Source of the DNA: Macrostomum lignano
Taxonomy: Eukaryota
Assembly (NCBI GenBank): GCA_002269645.1
Contig: NIVC01003411.1
Location: 1-64,000, forward strand
Reading direction: 5' to 3'
DNA: 64,000 bases
Shown in pieces: positions 48,585-59,962 of this stretch. The notes beneath the pieces were generated by a model that searched no databases, was not told where the DNA came from, and saw only the letters and a list, made by a program, of their open reading frames with translations. The number at the start of each line of letters is the position of its first letter. The stretch's first letter is position 1. The position numbers and the translations under genes are program-made.

Positions 48585-49297
48585 ATAGGTCATAGGAGAC
48601 ACAGATGGGTCATAGAAGACACAGATAGGTCATAGGAGATACAAAAGGGTCATGGAAGACACAGATAAGTCATAGGAGACACAGATGGGTCATGAGGGAC
48701 ACAGATAGGTCGTATGAGACACAAAAGGGTCATAAGAGACACAGAAAGGTCATAGGAGACACAGATGGGTCATAGAAGACACAGATAGGTCATAGGAGAC
48801 ACATATAGGCCATAGAAGACACAAAAGGGTCATAGGAGACACATATAGGTAATAGAAGACACAAAAGGGTCAGGAGACACAGATGGGTCATAGAAGAAAC
48901 AAATAGGCCATAGAAGACACAGAAGGGTCATAGGAGACACAGATAGGTCATAGAAGACACAGAAGGGTCATAGAAGACACAGATAGGTCATAGAAGACAC
49001 AAAAGGGTCATAGGAGACCCTGAGTGTCATAGAAGAAACAGAATGGTCATAGGAGACACAGATAGGCCATAGAAGACACAGAAGGGTCATAGGAGACACA
49101 GATAGGTAATAGAAGACACAAAAGGGTTATAGAAGACACAAAAGGGTCATAGAAGACACAGATGGGTCATAGAAGAAACATATAGGCCATAGAAAACACA
49201 GAAGGGTCATAGGAGACACAGATAGGTCATAGAAGACACAGAAGGGTCATAGGAGACACAGATAGGTCATAGAAGACACAGAAGGGTCATAGGAGAC
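48585..49297. repeat. Tandem repeat, 20 bp (cacagataggtcataggaga)
   Basis: Directly visible. Confidence 0.93.
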
Positions 49298-49405
49298 TGG
49301 GAGTCATTGAGTACACACGGCGAGTCATGACAAGCGGTTATTGGGGGAGTGGGAGATGTGACCAGAAGCCAGTGAGAGATGAGGCAATAAAGAGAAGCTA
49401 CTCAC

Positions 49406-49609
49406 CCAGATCTGCAGCTTGACCCGCTTATCGTGTCTAAAGACGGTCTTGACTTTGAAATCGATGCCAACAGTGGACACGAAGGCGGACGTGAAAGAGT
49501 CGTCAGCGTAGCGAAACAGAAACGACGTCTTGCCAACGGAGGAATTGCCAATAATCAATAATTTGAACATGTAGTCAAAGTTCTGATCGGCCGCATCGCG
49601 AGATCCCAT
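49406..49609 (-). CDS. RAB3: Rab3 exon 1
   Basis: [49 protein letters not shown]...KLQIW; GTGAGT donor. Confidence 0.95.
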
Positions 49610-49823
49610 TGCTGCTGCTGCTGCAACTGCGGTAATAAAATTATCGGTAAATAATAGAGAATTAATAAAACAATAGAAATCTATAAAAGCAACTCTAGAA
49701 TTCTAGACAGGGAAAAAACATTTAAAGGAACAGGGAGTCAAAACTGGGGGGGCAGACGCGCACTAGGGACGCACTGAATAGACAGCACAAGAGGAGACGG
49801 AACGATCAACACTGCCAAACAGC

Positions 49824-49832
49824 AGCCAATGA
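49824..49832. promoter_or_regulatory. CCAAT box upstream of Rab3
   Basis: AGCCAATGA about 220 bp upstream of the Rab3 ATG. Confidence 0.3.
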
Positions 49833-50294
49833 AAAATCTATATGGCTAAAACGGATAAGGGAGAAGGGAAGAGAGAGAGAGAGCACTGCCTTTGAGCTTG
49901 CCAGCGTGGGCGGCAGTTGGCAGCACCGGAATCGATTCGACTAAACGCCCCCCCCCCCTGCTCTCACTTCGTAGCTATCATTTCCTTGAAACCGCCGTTA
50001 CCAACCGGACCGATTCTTCCACAGATAGTTCAGATCATACACTCCCCTCTCTCTTTCTCTGTCTAGCATAGCAGCTGGGCACTTGAAAGCGTTTCGTTGG
50101 GTTAAAAGGCGTCGGGCTGCGGAAGGCATTTATAAAATGCTAAACTGCTCCTTCTCCTACCTCTGCGTAGCCAGACCAAGTTTACACCTTGTATTAGAAA
50201 GTGAGATTATAGTGCACAGGTTGCTGATCAATTCCGACCGATAGCCAGAGGTTACGAGTGCAACAAAGTTAACTCAGTTGGCACGGATCTGGGA

Positions 50295-50578
50295 GGCTCG
50301 CGGTGGTCTAGCAACTGGGGATCTGAGCGGCTAGCCTAGCAACTGGGAATCTGAGCGGCTAGCCTAGGAACTGGGGATCTGAGTGGCTAGCCTAGCAACT
50401 GGGGATCTGAGTGGCTAGCCTAGCAACTGGGGATCTGAGTGGCTAGCCTAGCAACTGGGGATCTGAGCGGCTAGCCTAGCAACTGGGGATCTAAAAGGTT
50501 GGCCTAGCAACTGGGGATCTAAAAGGTTGGCCTAGCAACTGGGGATCTGAGAAGCTGGCCTAGCAACTGAAGATCTAG
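50295..50578. repeat. Tandem repeat, 28 bp (ctagcctagcaactggggatctgagtgg)
   Basis: Directly visible. Confidence 0.92.
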
Positions 50579-52431
50579 AAGGTAAGGTAACGGTGGCCCA
50601 GCAGCTTGAGGATCCGGGGCTGATGTAATGACACAATCAGAGCACAGAAGTTGGCCTGTAAGAGCCGAAAAGGGGTTAATATAAAAAGCGAATAAGTGCT
50701 TATGAGATAAAATTGAACTACACATAGACATTCGAACAGAATTAAGTGCACATTACCCCAATCAAAGTATGCTATTTTCATTAACTGCTTGCTGTTCTCA
50801 TAACCTAAACCCAGCATTCGAATTGCTAGCAGTCACCCATAGCCTCCAATTATGTCACTCTGTCGCTAAGGTGAAGGGATTACATGTACCGCAGCACACG
50901 GCAGGCGGGGACACGCCCAAGCCCCATATTTGTAGCCCTGCTTGAACAGTGCAGCGCATACAACCACCCCCCCTTCCAAACCAAACAGCGCCAATAACAG
51001 GGGGGGGGGACACAAAAAAGTGCGTCCCAATCAGCCAGCCACGGGAGCGACAATTCCATACTGCTTTCGTCTTTTGACAGGCGCACAAATCAATAATAAT
51101 TCAGGGAGAATGCACTGAACTGCAGACATTTAATATAATCCCAGAAGTAGGCGTGTTCAATCCTAGATTACTTATCTCTCTTCCTATACAATAGAAACCT
51201 ATTATATGAGTATCTAAAATCTTAGAAATAATATTTGAGAACGACATTAGAGCGCAACAAATCAACTCGGATACAGACGCACAAGTATTCTTTTTTTAAT
51301 TATAGCCACTTACGTAAAAGTACAAATAAAATTTGTATTCATAACTAATTAACAGCATATTAAGCCTAGTTAATTATAGCTTTGAAGAAAGAAACACAGT
51401 AGGTTTGGGTAAATGTAATCTCACAGTTCAATACCTGGAGATCTAAGTATGCGATTCGCGTTATGTAACAGCAATAGCTAGACGAATTATAGGCAAGCAT
51501 ATATGTGAAGCAAAGTTATTTTTCATAAGAGCAATCAAGTGGAAGGCAGGCATACTGCTCACTGCCTGGCTTCTGGGACTTACAAGCATCAACAAGAGGG
51601 AGACAGAGAGGGAAGGCGAGGGGAGATGAAGAGCAGGGAGATGGAGAGGGGAGGAGAGATGAAGAGGGGAAGATGAAGGGGGAAGGGAAGATGAAGAAGG
51701 GGATATGAAGAGGGGATGAAAAGGAAGAGATAAAGAGGGTAAGATGAAGAGAAGAGAGGAGAGATAAATGCGGAGATGAGAGAATGGGGAGATAGAGAGG
51801 AGAGGGAAGAGGGAGGGAGGGGGGTGGAGAGTGGGAGACAGCATCTGAACCCCAGCTTCATAAGCGCAGCATTAGAAAGGCAAAAACGGAGGGCAGACCC
51901 TCCAAAAATGGAGGGTTGCATTTCAGCTCGGTTACAAGCAAATCTGTGTGCGGCTATGCGGCATCCAGGTATGCAACTTCAAACAGTAATAATACGAGTA
52001 TTATATATCGTTATCGAGCAGAAAAAGCATTGGATAAATCTAGCGCTAGAAGTACTGGTGACACTCGAGCAGGAAGAGCCCAATTATAGGTAATGAACGA
52101 CCATAGGTGTGCGCCTGATAATTAATTGCTTAGGTAATTCCGTTTGACAGCTAGCAATTCAACCGTCGAATATCGCTTTTTACGCCGAAAGAAAGCAGAC
52201 ATGCAAACATTAGCAAAATATGTAAGACATAATGACCAGAGCAGATCAGCACAGCTAGGCGAACAAATCCCAAACTTCTACTGAATAAAACAAGAGCAAG
52301 CATAGAAACTGACAAGAGAAATTGATTTGGTACGCACAACTTATACAAGCAACTGACACTGGAAATGCGAACTGAGCATTGGACAGGCCGAAATCTTATG
52401 ATTAATTATTGGCTTTTAGACTCCATCTTAA

Positions 52432-53886
52432 CCAGCTGCTCCAGCCTCCCATTCATTCAGTGAGCTGCTGCCCCAGCCTCCCATTCATTCAGTGAGCTGC
52501 TGCCCCAGCCTCCCATTCATTCAGTGAGCTGCTGCCCCAGCCTCCCATTCATTCAGTGAGCTGCTGCCCCAGCCTCCCATTCATTCAGTGAGCTGCTGCC
52601 CCAGCCTCCCATTCATTCAGTGAGCTGCTGCCCCAGCCTCCCATTCATTCAGTGAGCTGCTGCCCCAGCCTCCCATTCATTCAGTGAGCTGCTGCCCCAG
52701 CCTCCCATTCATTCAGTGAGCTGCTGTCTCAGCCTCCCATTCATTCAGTGAGCTGCTGCTCCAGCCTCCCATTCATTCAGTGAGCTGCTGTCTCAGCCTC
52801 CCATTCATTCAGTGAGCTGCTGTCTCAGCCTCCCATTCATTCAGTGAGCTGCTGTCTCAGCCTCCCATTCATTCAGTGAGCTGCTGCCCCAGCCTCCCAT
52901 TCATTTAGTGAGCTGCTGTCTCAACCTCCCATTCATTCCGTGAGCTGCTGTCTCAACCTCCCATTCATTCAGTGAGCTGCTACCCCAGCCTCCCATTCAT
53001 TCAGTGAGCTGCTGTCTCAACCTCCCATTCATTCAGTGAGCTGCTGCCCCAGCCTCCCATTCATTCAGTGAGCTGCTGTCTCAACCTCCCATTCATTCCG
53101 TGAGCTGCTGTCTCAGCCTCCCATTCATTCCGTGAGCTGCTGTCTCAACCTCCCATTCATTCAGTGAGCTGCTGTCTCAACCTCCCATTCATTCAGTGAG
53201 CTGCTGTCTCAACCTCCCATTCATTCAGTGAGCTGCTGCCCCAGCCTCCCATTCATTCAGTGAGCTGCTGCCCCAGCCTCCCATTCATTCAGTGAGCTGC
53301 TGTCTCAACCTCCCATTCATTCAGTGAGCTGCTGTCTCAGCCTCCCATTCATTCAGTGAGCTGCTGTCTCAGCCTCCCATTCATTCCGTGAGCTGCTGTC
53401 TCAACCTCCCATTCATTCCGTGAGCTGCTGTCTCAGCCTCCCATTCATTCAGTGAGCTGCTGTCTCAGCCTCCCATTCATTCAGTGAGCTGCTGTCTCAA
53501 CCTCCCATTCATTCAGTGAGCTGCTGTCTCAACCTCCCATTCATTCAGTGAGCTGCTGTCTCAGCCTCCCATTCATTCAGTGAGCTGCTGTCTCAGCCTC
53601 CCATTCATTCCGTGAGCTGCTGTCTCAACCTCCCATTCATTCCGTGAGCTGCTGTCTCAGCCTCCCATTCATTCAGTGAGCTGCTGTCTCAGCATCCCAT
53701 TCATTCAGTGAGCTGCTGTCTCAGCCTCCCATTCATTCAGTGAGCTGCTGTCTCAGCCTCCCATTCATTCAGTGAGCTGCTGTCTCAGCCTCCCATTCAT
53801 TCAGTGAGCTGCTGTCTCAGCCTCCCATTCATTCAGTGAGCTGCTGTCTCAGCCTCCCATTCATTCAGTGAGCTGCTGTCCCAACC
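52432..53886. repeat. Tandem repeat, 32 bp (cagcctcccattcattcagtgagctgctg(ccc/tct))
   Basis: About 45 copies between CLK and Rab3. Confidence 0.97.
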
Positions 53887-54229
53887 TCTCATCCCTATAT
53901 AGTCTAAGTTAATCAAAGCCTTTTTAGTCTCATTTACTCATGACAATAAATAAATTTAAATACAACACACAAACAAAAAATTTAACGCAGGGAAATAGCA
54001 TAAGATAGCATATGTAAAACATAAAATAAATTAGACGATAAATGGTTTGAAAAATGACATACAATGCAACTAGAATCAGCAGTCAGACAAAGTCGCCGTG
54101 TCACCTCTTGTATGGAGAGCTGGAATGATATCTGCAAATAAAGCGTACGAATAGTCGGTCCCCGTTAGCTTATAATTGTATGGCCTGCTTGTATCGCTAG
54201 GATGTCGTTAGAATGCACATCCCAGCCAT

Positions 54230-54600
54230 TTGATGTTCGCCGCTACCCCAGCACAATCTCAGTCCTTTGATGTTCGCCGCTACCCCAGCTCAATCTCAGT
54301 CCTTTGATGTTCGCCGCTACCCCAGATCAATCTCAGTCCTTTGATGTTCGCCGCTACCCCAGCACAATCTCAGTCCTTTGATGTTCGCCGCTACCCCAGC
54401 ACAATCTCAGTCCTTTGATGTTCGCCGCTACCCCAGCACAATCTCAGTCCTTTGATGTTCGCCGCTACCCCAGCACAATCTCAGTACTTTGATTTTCGCC
54501 GCTACCCCAGCACAATCTCAGTCCTTTGATGTTCGCCGCTACCCCAGCACAATCTCAGTACTTTGATTTTTGCCGCTAACCCAGCCTAATCTTTGTCCTT
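54230..54600. repeat. Tandem repeat, 37 bp (ctttgatgttcgccgctaccccagcacaatctcagtc)
   Basis: About 10 copies just downstream of the CLK stop, probably 3' UTR. Confidence 0.93.
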
Positions 54601-54655
54601 TGAAATTCACCGCATACCTCAGCCCAAGCCCAGGAACAGATATTAGCAGAAAGAT

Positions 54656-55174
54656 TTACCGATGCGACCGCAGGTGCTGCGGCAGGGCCTCAAAGAACGG
54701 ATGATGAATAGCTTCGCCTAGTGGTGCCCGACGCCTTGGCTCGTACTCGAACAGATCCTCCAGCAGATCGAATAGCAGCCGATGCTCCCGACTATCCGGC
54801 AGCTGGGTGTAGCGCCGCAACGGTTGCACGGCCGTCTCGGCGCCGCCCCATTTCCAGGCCAGCCGGCCCCTATGAAAATATTTTGTCTTTGGCGACGCTT
54901 CAATCATGCGAGTTGGCAGCCGGCCAAAGCAGCGCTCCATCATGGCCAGGTGCTCTAAATTGTCGTGCGTCATGAACAGGCACTCGCCGGTGTACAGCTC
55001 GAACACTATGCAGGCGATGGACCAGACGTCGCACGGATGCGACCAGCCTAGTTCCAGCACCACTTCGGGGGCGCGGTAGTGCCGGGTGGACACGATCTTG
55101 GTGTGGTGCTCGTGATCGAATGTGGCCGAGCCGAAGTCGATAAGACGAATTGTGGGATCGCGGAGCACGGTGCG
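54656..55174 (-). CDS. CLK: CLK/LAMMER kinase exon 4; total 598 aa
   Basis: [27 protein letters not shown]...[11 protein letters not shown] signature; TAA at 54656-54658. Confidence 0.95.
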   Translation of the reverse strand, partial: RTVLRDPTIRLIDFGSATFDHEHHTKIVSTRHYRAPEVVLELGWSHPCDVWSIACIVFELYTGECLFMTHDNLEHLAMMERCFGRLPTRMIEASPKTKYFHRGRLAWKWGGAETAVQPLRRYTQLPDSREHRLLFDLLEDLFEYEPRRRAPLGEAIHHPFFEALPQHLRSHR

Positions 55175-55299
55175 CTAGGTAGAGGATGGGGGATAGCAAG
55201 ATTGCGCTTATAACTGGGAATTGGATTATGGGAATTACAACTGTCGCTTTAAACCGGGCCAGTGTTCAAAGCCCTTGCGAGTAATATTAATAACTAAAA

Positions 55300-56075
55300 C
55301 AAAACAGTAAGAATGCGTCAAATGACTCTATGAGAACCTGACGATGGACCAAATGACTCATATGAGGACCTGACGATGGACCAAATGACTCATAAGAGGA
55401 CATGCTGATAGACCAAATGACTAATATGAGCACCTGACGATGGACCAAATGACTCATATGAGGACCTGACGATGGACCAAATGACTCATATGAGGACCTG
55501 ACGATGGACCAAATGACTCATAAGAGGACATGCTGATAGACCAAATGATACATATGAGGACATGGTGATAGACCAAATGACTCATATGACCTGACGATGG
55601 ACCAAATGACTCATATGAGCTGGACATGGTGATGGACCAAATGACTCATTTGAGGATCTAATGATGGACCAAATGACTCATATGAGGATCTAATGATGGA
55701 CCGAATGACTCATATGAGCTGGACATGGTGATGGACCAAATGACTCATATGAGGATCTAATGATGGACCAAATGACTCATATGAGGATCTAATGATGGAC
55801 CAAATGACTCATATGAGGATCTAATGATGGACCAAATGACTCATATGAGGATCTAATGATGGACCAAATGACTCATCTGAGGACCTGACGATGGACCAAA
55901 TGAGGACACGCTGATAGACCAAATGAATCAAGAGGACATGATGGTGGACAAAATCACTGATAAGAGGACATGGTGATGGACTAAATGAATCAAGAGGACA
56001 TGATGGTGGACAAAATCACTGATAAGAGGACATGGTGATGGACTAAATGACTCATATGGGGCACTGCTGATGGAC
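55300..56075. repeat. Tandem repeat, 30-35 bp (gatggaccaaatgactcatatgaggacctgac)
   Basis: CLK intron 3. Confidence 0.93.
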
Positions 56076-56108
56076 CAAAAGACCAACATTCTAGCGCCAA
56101 TAACTCAC

Positions 56109-56474
56109 CACTCGTCCAGTCTTGGGGCAGACATCGCGAACGCAATCGTTGGAGTTGCAGAACAAAATATTCTCGGGCTTCAAATCTGTGTGCGTCAGTC
56201 CGCAGTCGTGCAAAAATTTCACAGCGTAAGACAGCTGATAGGCCATGCTGCGCACCTGTTCAAACGGATACGGCGCGTAGTCGTTTCGCTTTTGAAAGTC
56301 GAACACTGACTCGCCGAGCATGTCGAACACCAAACAGACGTGGCCATGGTAGTTAAAGTGCTGTCGCAGCTGTACGCAGTGAAATCGGCCGTGCGGATCG
56401 CGGCGCTCCAGCGTTTGCAGCACCTTCACCTCCAGCATGGCGGCGTCCCGGTACTTCGGCACGTTGCGAACCAC
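56109..56474 (-). CDS. CLK: CLK/LAMMER kinase exon 3
   Basis: VVRNVPKYRDAAMLEVKVL...HTDLKPENILF (CLK-type HTD); 366 nt phase 0-0; GTGAGT donor. Confidence 0.95.
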
Positions 56475-56634
56475 CTGGAAAGTAGCGGGCGAGCCCGTGA
56501 AGGCAATTTCTAAAAAATAAAAAAACTGTTTCAGACTGACTACTGATAGTAGCTGAGTATGGGCATTACGATTATAAGCATACGACGTCCTAAAAAACCA
56601 GGAAGGTTATTAATATTAAACTAGATGATTCTGG

Positions 56635-57005
56635 GAAGCTGGCCCAGCAACTGATGATCTGGGAGGCCGGCGGGTTGCCCTTCAGCAACTGAGGATCTGG
56701 GAGGCTGCCGGGTTGCCCTTCAGCAACTGAGGATCTGGGAGGCTGCCGGGTTGCCCTTCAGCAACTGAGGATCTGGGAGGCTGCCGGGTTGCCCTTCAGC
56801 AACTGAGGATCTGGGAGGCTGCCGGGTTGCCCTTCAGCAACTGACGATCTGGGAGGCTGCCGGGTTGCCCTTCAGCAACTGAGGATCTGAGAGGCTGCCG
56901 GGTTGCCCTTCAGCAACTGAGGATCTGAGAGGCTGCCGGGTTGCCCCAGCAACTGAGGATCTGAGAGGCTGCCGGGTTTCCCCAGCAACTGAGGATCTGA
57001 GAGGC
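56635..57005. repeat. Tandem repeat, 38 bp (cagcaactgaggatctgggaggctgccgggttgccctt)
   Basis: CLK intron 2; ends about 15 bp from the donor. Confidence 0.95.
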
Positions 57006-57023
57006 TGGTGTGCTGAGCCTTAC

Positions 57024-57282
57024 CTTAATAGCCACTCGTTCATTGCCCGCGCGCCTGTCGGCGGCCTCCAGCACCCGACCGAAGGTGCCCTCGCCAAGCA
57101 GGCGTACCAGGGTGTACTGGCCGGAGCGCATGCTGGCGCCTGGCTGCACTACCAAATGGCCGTCGCGGTCCTGCTGTACAAAGGACCGGGACCGGGACCG
57201 GGATCTGCGACTGCTGCTAGCCGGCGAGTCGTGACGCGACTGATGCTGCTGCAGTGGCGGCTGATAATAACGGCGTCGACTT
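57024..57282 (-). CDS. CLK: CLK/LAMMER kinase exon 2
   Basis: attttag acceptor; QDRDGHLVV...LGEGTFGRV...VAIK; GTAAGG donor. Confidence 0.92.
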
Positions 57283-57519
57283 CTAAAATTTTAAAGGTGA
57301 TCAGATTGGCTTAAAGCATACAAGGTAATTGAATTGAACAGTGTTTATATAGCACTGACAGTACTGTGAATTAAATTACAAAAAATGACTTATAGCAAAG
57401 AAGTGGACTGGTAGCTATCTACTGAAGTAATGACTGGTAGCTATCTACTAAGTAATGATTGGCAGCTATCTACTAACGGAACACTAAATTATTGATAAGC
57501 CATACTCCCTGCAATTCAC

Positions 57520-58172
57520 CTGTAATGCGACCTAGTTACCACGGACTCAGTGCGCGAGCTGTACCCATCTTGAATGCGACGCGACGATCCGCCTCTAGAT
57601 CGGGACCGGGATCTGGATGCTCTCGATTTTGCTCTACGTCGATGCGGCGACCGCTTACGCTGCCGACGCTGCCGGCTGTAGCTCTGGTGCCGGCTTCGCT
57701 GCCGACGTCGGTACCGCGAGGAGCTGCGCTCTCGCCGGCTTCGATCTCGCGAAGTCGCCAATGACTGCCTTGCCGAACAGCCTGACTGAGTAGACGACGA
57801 AGGCGAGGAGGAGGAGCGCCTTCTGTGTCTGGCGGCGGACTCGCGCTGGGCTGAACGGCCGCGATAGGCGGGATTTCGGCGGGACCGCCGACTCGACCGG
57901 GAGCGGTAGCGCGACCGGCCGTCGGACCGGGACGGCGACCGGAATCGGGACCGGGACCGAGACTTAGATCGGGACTCGTCGCTGTAGCTGTCTTGACGCC
58001 GGCTCTGCTCAACGGATCGTATCGAATGATGCGGCATAGAGGAAGGCGGCGGCCGCGGAGGTGTGAACTGCTGCTGTCTGTACGAGGCTAAAACGCCGTA
58101 ATCCGCTAAGCCGCCCGAGTGTTGCTGGCCGTAGCAGTACATCCGTGACGGAGTCGACTGACATGCAAGCAT
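57520..58172 (-). CDS. CLK: CLK/LAMMER kinase exon 1 (RS-rich N-terminus)
   Basis: ccggccATG at 58172; long Arg/Ser-rich region; GTGAAT donor at 57519, phase 2. Confidence 0.8.
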
Positions 58173-58508
58173 GGCCGGGGCTGACTGAGCTGGAGACAAA
58201 CGGGTCTGATATATATGCGCCCGCACCGGGACCTGCCCAGTGATCTATCGGGCACTAATAAAGTGCAAAGCGGCTGTTCAAGGGAAAAAGGAATGGCACA
58301 AAGTCCATTAATTGCTCCCTTTTTATCCCCCCCCCAACGCTGTTTTATACTTTCGGAATTCTAGGAAAATGATTGCGCTGCATCAATTATTATGGTTGCT
58401 TCTACAATTCAAAGGATTTAAAAATGGTTCGGCAAGAGTGAAACACATTAATATTTCTGGATCGAGTTACTTTTCCCACTTTTACACAGTTTGCGTCAGC
58501 TAGCTGGT

Positions 58509-58518
58509 AGCCAATCAT
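58509..58518. promoter_or_regulatory. NF-Y-type CCAAT box upstream of CLK
   Basis: AGCCAATCAT about 340 bp upstream of the CLK ATG. Confidence 0.35.
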
Positions 58519-59129
58519 CCAGGGCAATCACAATTACCGGGGGAGAGGTTGGCGTTTTCTGTTTAAAAAAGACAAACCAAGGAGAAAATCAGGCTCTCAA
58601 AGCACCAATGCCGTCATTACTGAACCAAGCGCAACTCTACGCGTGACAAGGATAACGTGCTTGGTGCAAAGAATGGCCTTATTAATTTATAAGACTAGAT
58701 TTTGGTATTTAACAGTAGGAATAGCAAGCCGTCTCTCCGCCTGCTTTTAAAACAAAAGAGGAGCACCGTAATGGAGCGACCCAAGCGCCCATTTTAAAAC
58801 AAGAATCAAGTCGCCAGCCCTCCAAATGATTCAGATATTCAACAATTCGACTCTCAACGTCGACTATGCGTGCATTAACTCTAACTTTGGTGGTAATTAG
58901 CCTTTACCAAGACAGAGCTTGTGGATCTTCTGCAAATGAAATTAATGTGACTGTGATTAATGTTGCCAAGGTCAGCCTCAAAGATTTGCCCTAGTCAAGA
59001 AATCCTTCTAAGGTTGATGATAATGATAACTACCTGTGCATATTCATTGAGGCCGACCTTTGACAAATCACATGTGAGTTGGTGCAAGTCCTTGGGATAG
59101 ACCAACAAACAATTGCCATTCACTTAATA

Positions 59130-59600
59130 GTCCACTGCCCTTGGCCCCCACCCCCACCACCATAGGTCACCACTCGGATCAACCAGTGGGTGGCTTCAAA
59201 GCACAGGGAGAGGTGGGCTAATGCCCCCGACTACCGGCAATCCCGTGTGGTTGTCCCTTGTCTTTCCTCTGCTCTGCCTAGGGCCTTGCTTGGACTCAAC
59301 TGCAGAGACATCAGGGCGGTGACCATTGTCCTCTTGGGACAGGCTGTTTTCCCAGGCATCGCCACCTCCAGGGAAAAAATCTGCAGTGAGAAATGCCCAT
59401 TCTGCCTCTCCAGTGTCTAGAATGCGTCATCTGTGAATGCCCATCAGGACAGGCTCACCTACCTCGGCCTAAACCCAGACCTCTCCAACATTTTCAGGCC
59501 CGAGAATCTCTGCCAGCTTGTCCGCTACCTAAGGGCTACCAGGCAAGTGACAATCTACCTCCTAGACTCTCCAGGGGGGGGGGGCGCTGCAGACACAGAC
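59130..59600 (+). mobile_element. 3' fragment of a non-LTR retrotransposon ORF2 (R1/Loa/I-like), decayed
   Basis: One frame reads [11 protein letters not shown]...YRQSR...[19 protein letters not shown]...KCPFCLSSV*...RLTYLG...LVRYLRAT, with a single stop at 59418-59420; resembles the C-terminal Zn-knuckle region from memory. Confidence 0.6.
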
Positions 59601-59906
59601 ACCACCGGAACTCTGCAAACACTACACACACACAACACTAGCTGCCCATAGTTGCCAAGGGTTAGTGAAATAGGTGGCAACGCCTCCTTGCTATTTCTGG
59701 ACCCATGGAACCCCCTACAGCTAAGTCAAGTAAGACCTCTGACAAACCTCATGTGAGTTGGTGCAAGTCATTAGGATAGACCAAACAATTGCCACTCACT
59801 TGCATCAACTGGGCAAGGTACACAAGTCGGCTCAATGGGTACCCTTAAAATTATACAATTAGGGCCACAAATGTAGGGCAGAGGCAGCCATTTCTTTTCT
59901 CTTTTT

Positions 59907-59908
<2 letters not shown>

Positions 59909-59958
<50 letters not shown>
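59909..59958. repeat. (TA)25 microsatellite
   Basis: Directly visible. Confidence 0.98.

Positions 59959-59959
<1 letters not shown>

Positions 59960-59962
<3 letters not shown>

Noticed and set aside
58173-58226. N-terminal extension of CLK from the ORF-track start
   Set aside because: The start is GTG; the first ATG at 58172 has good context and follows an acceptor-like sequence
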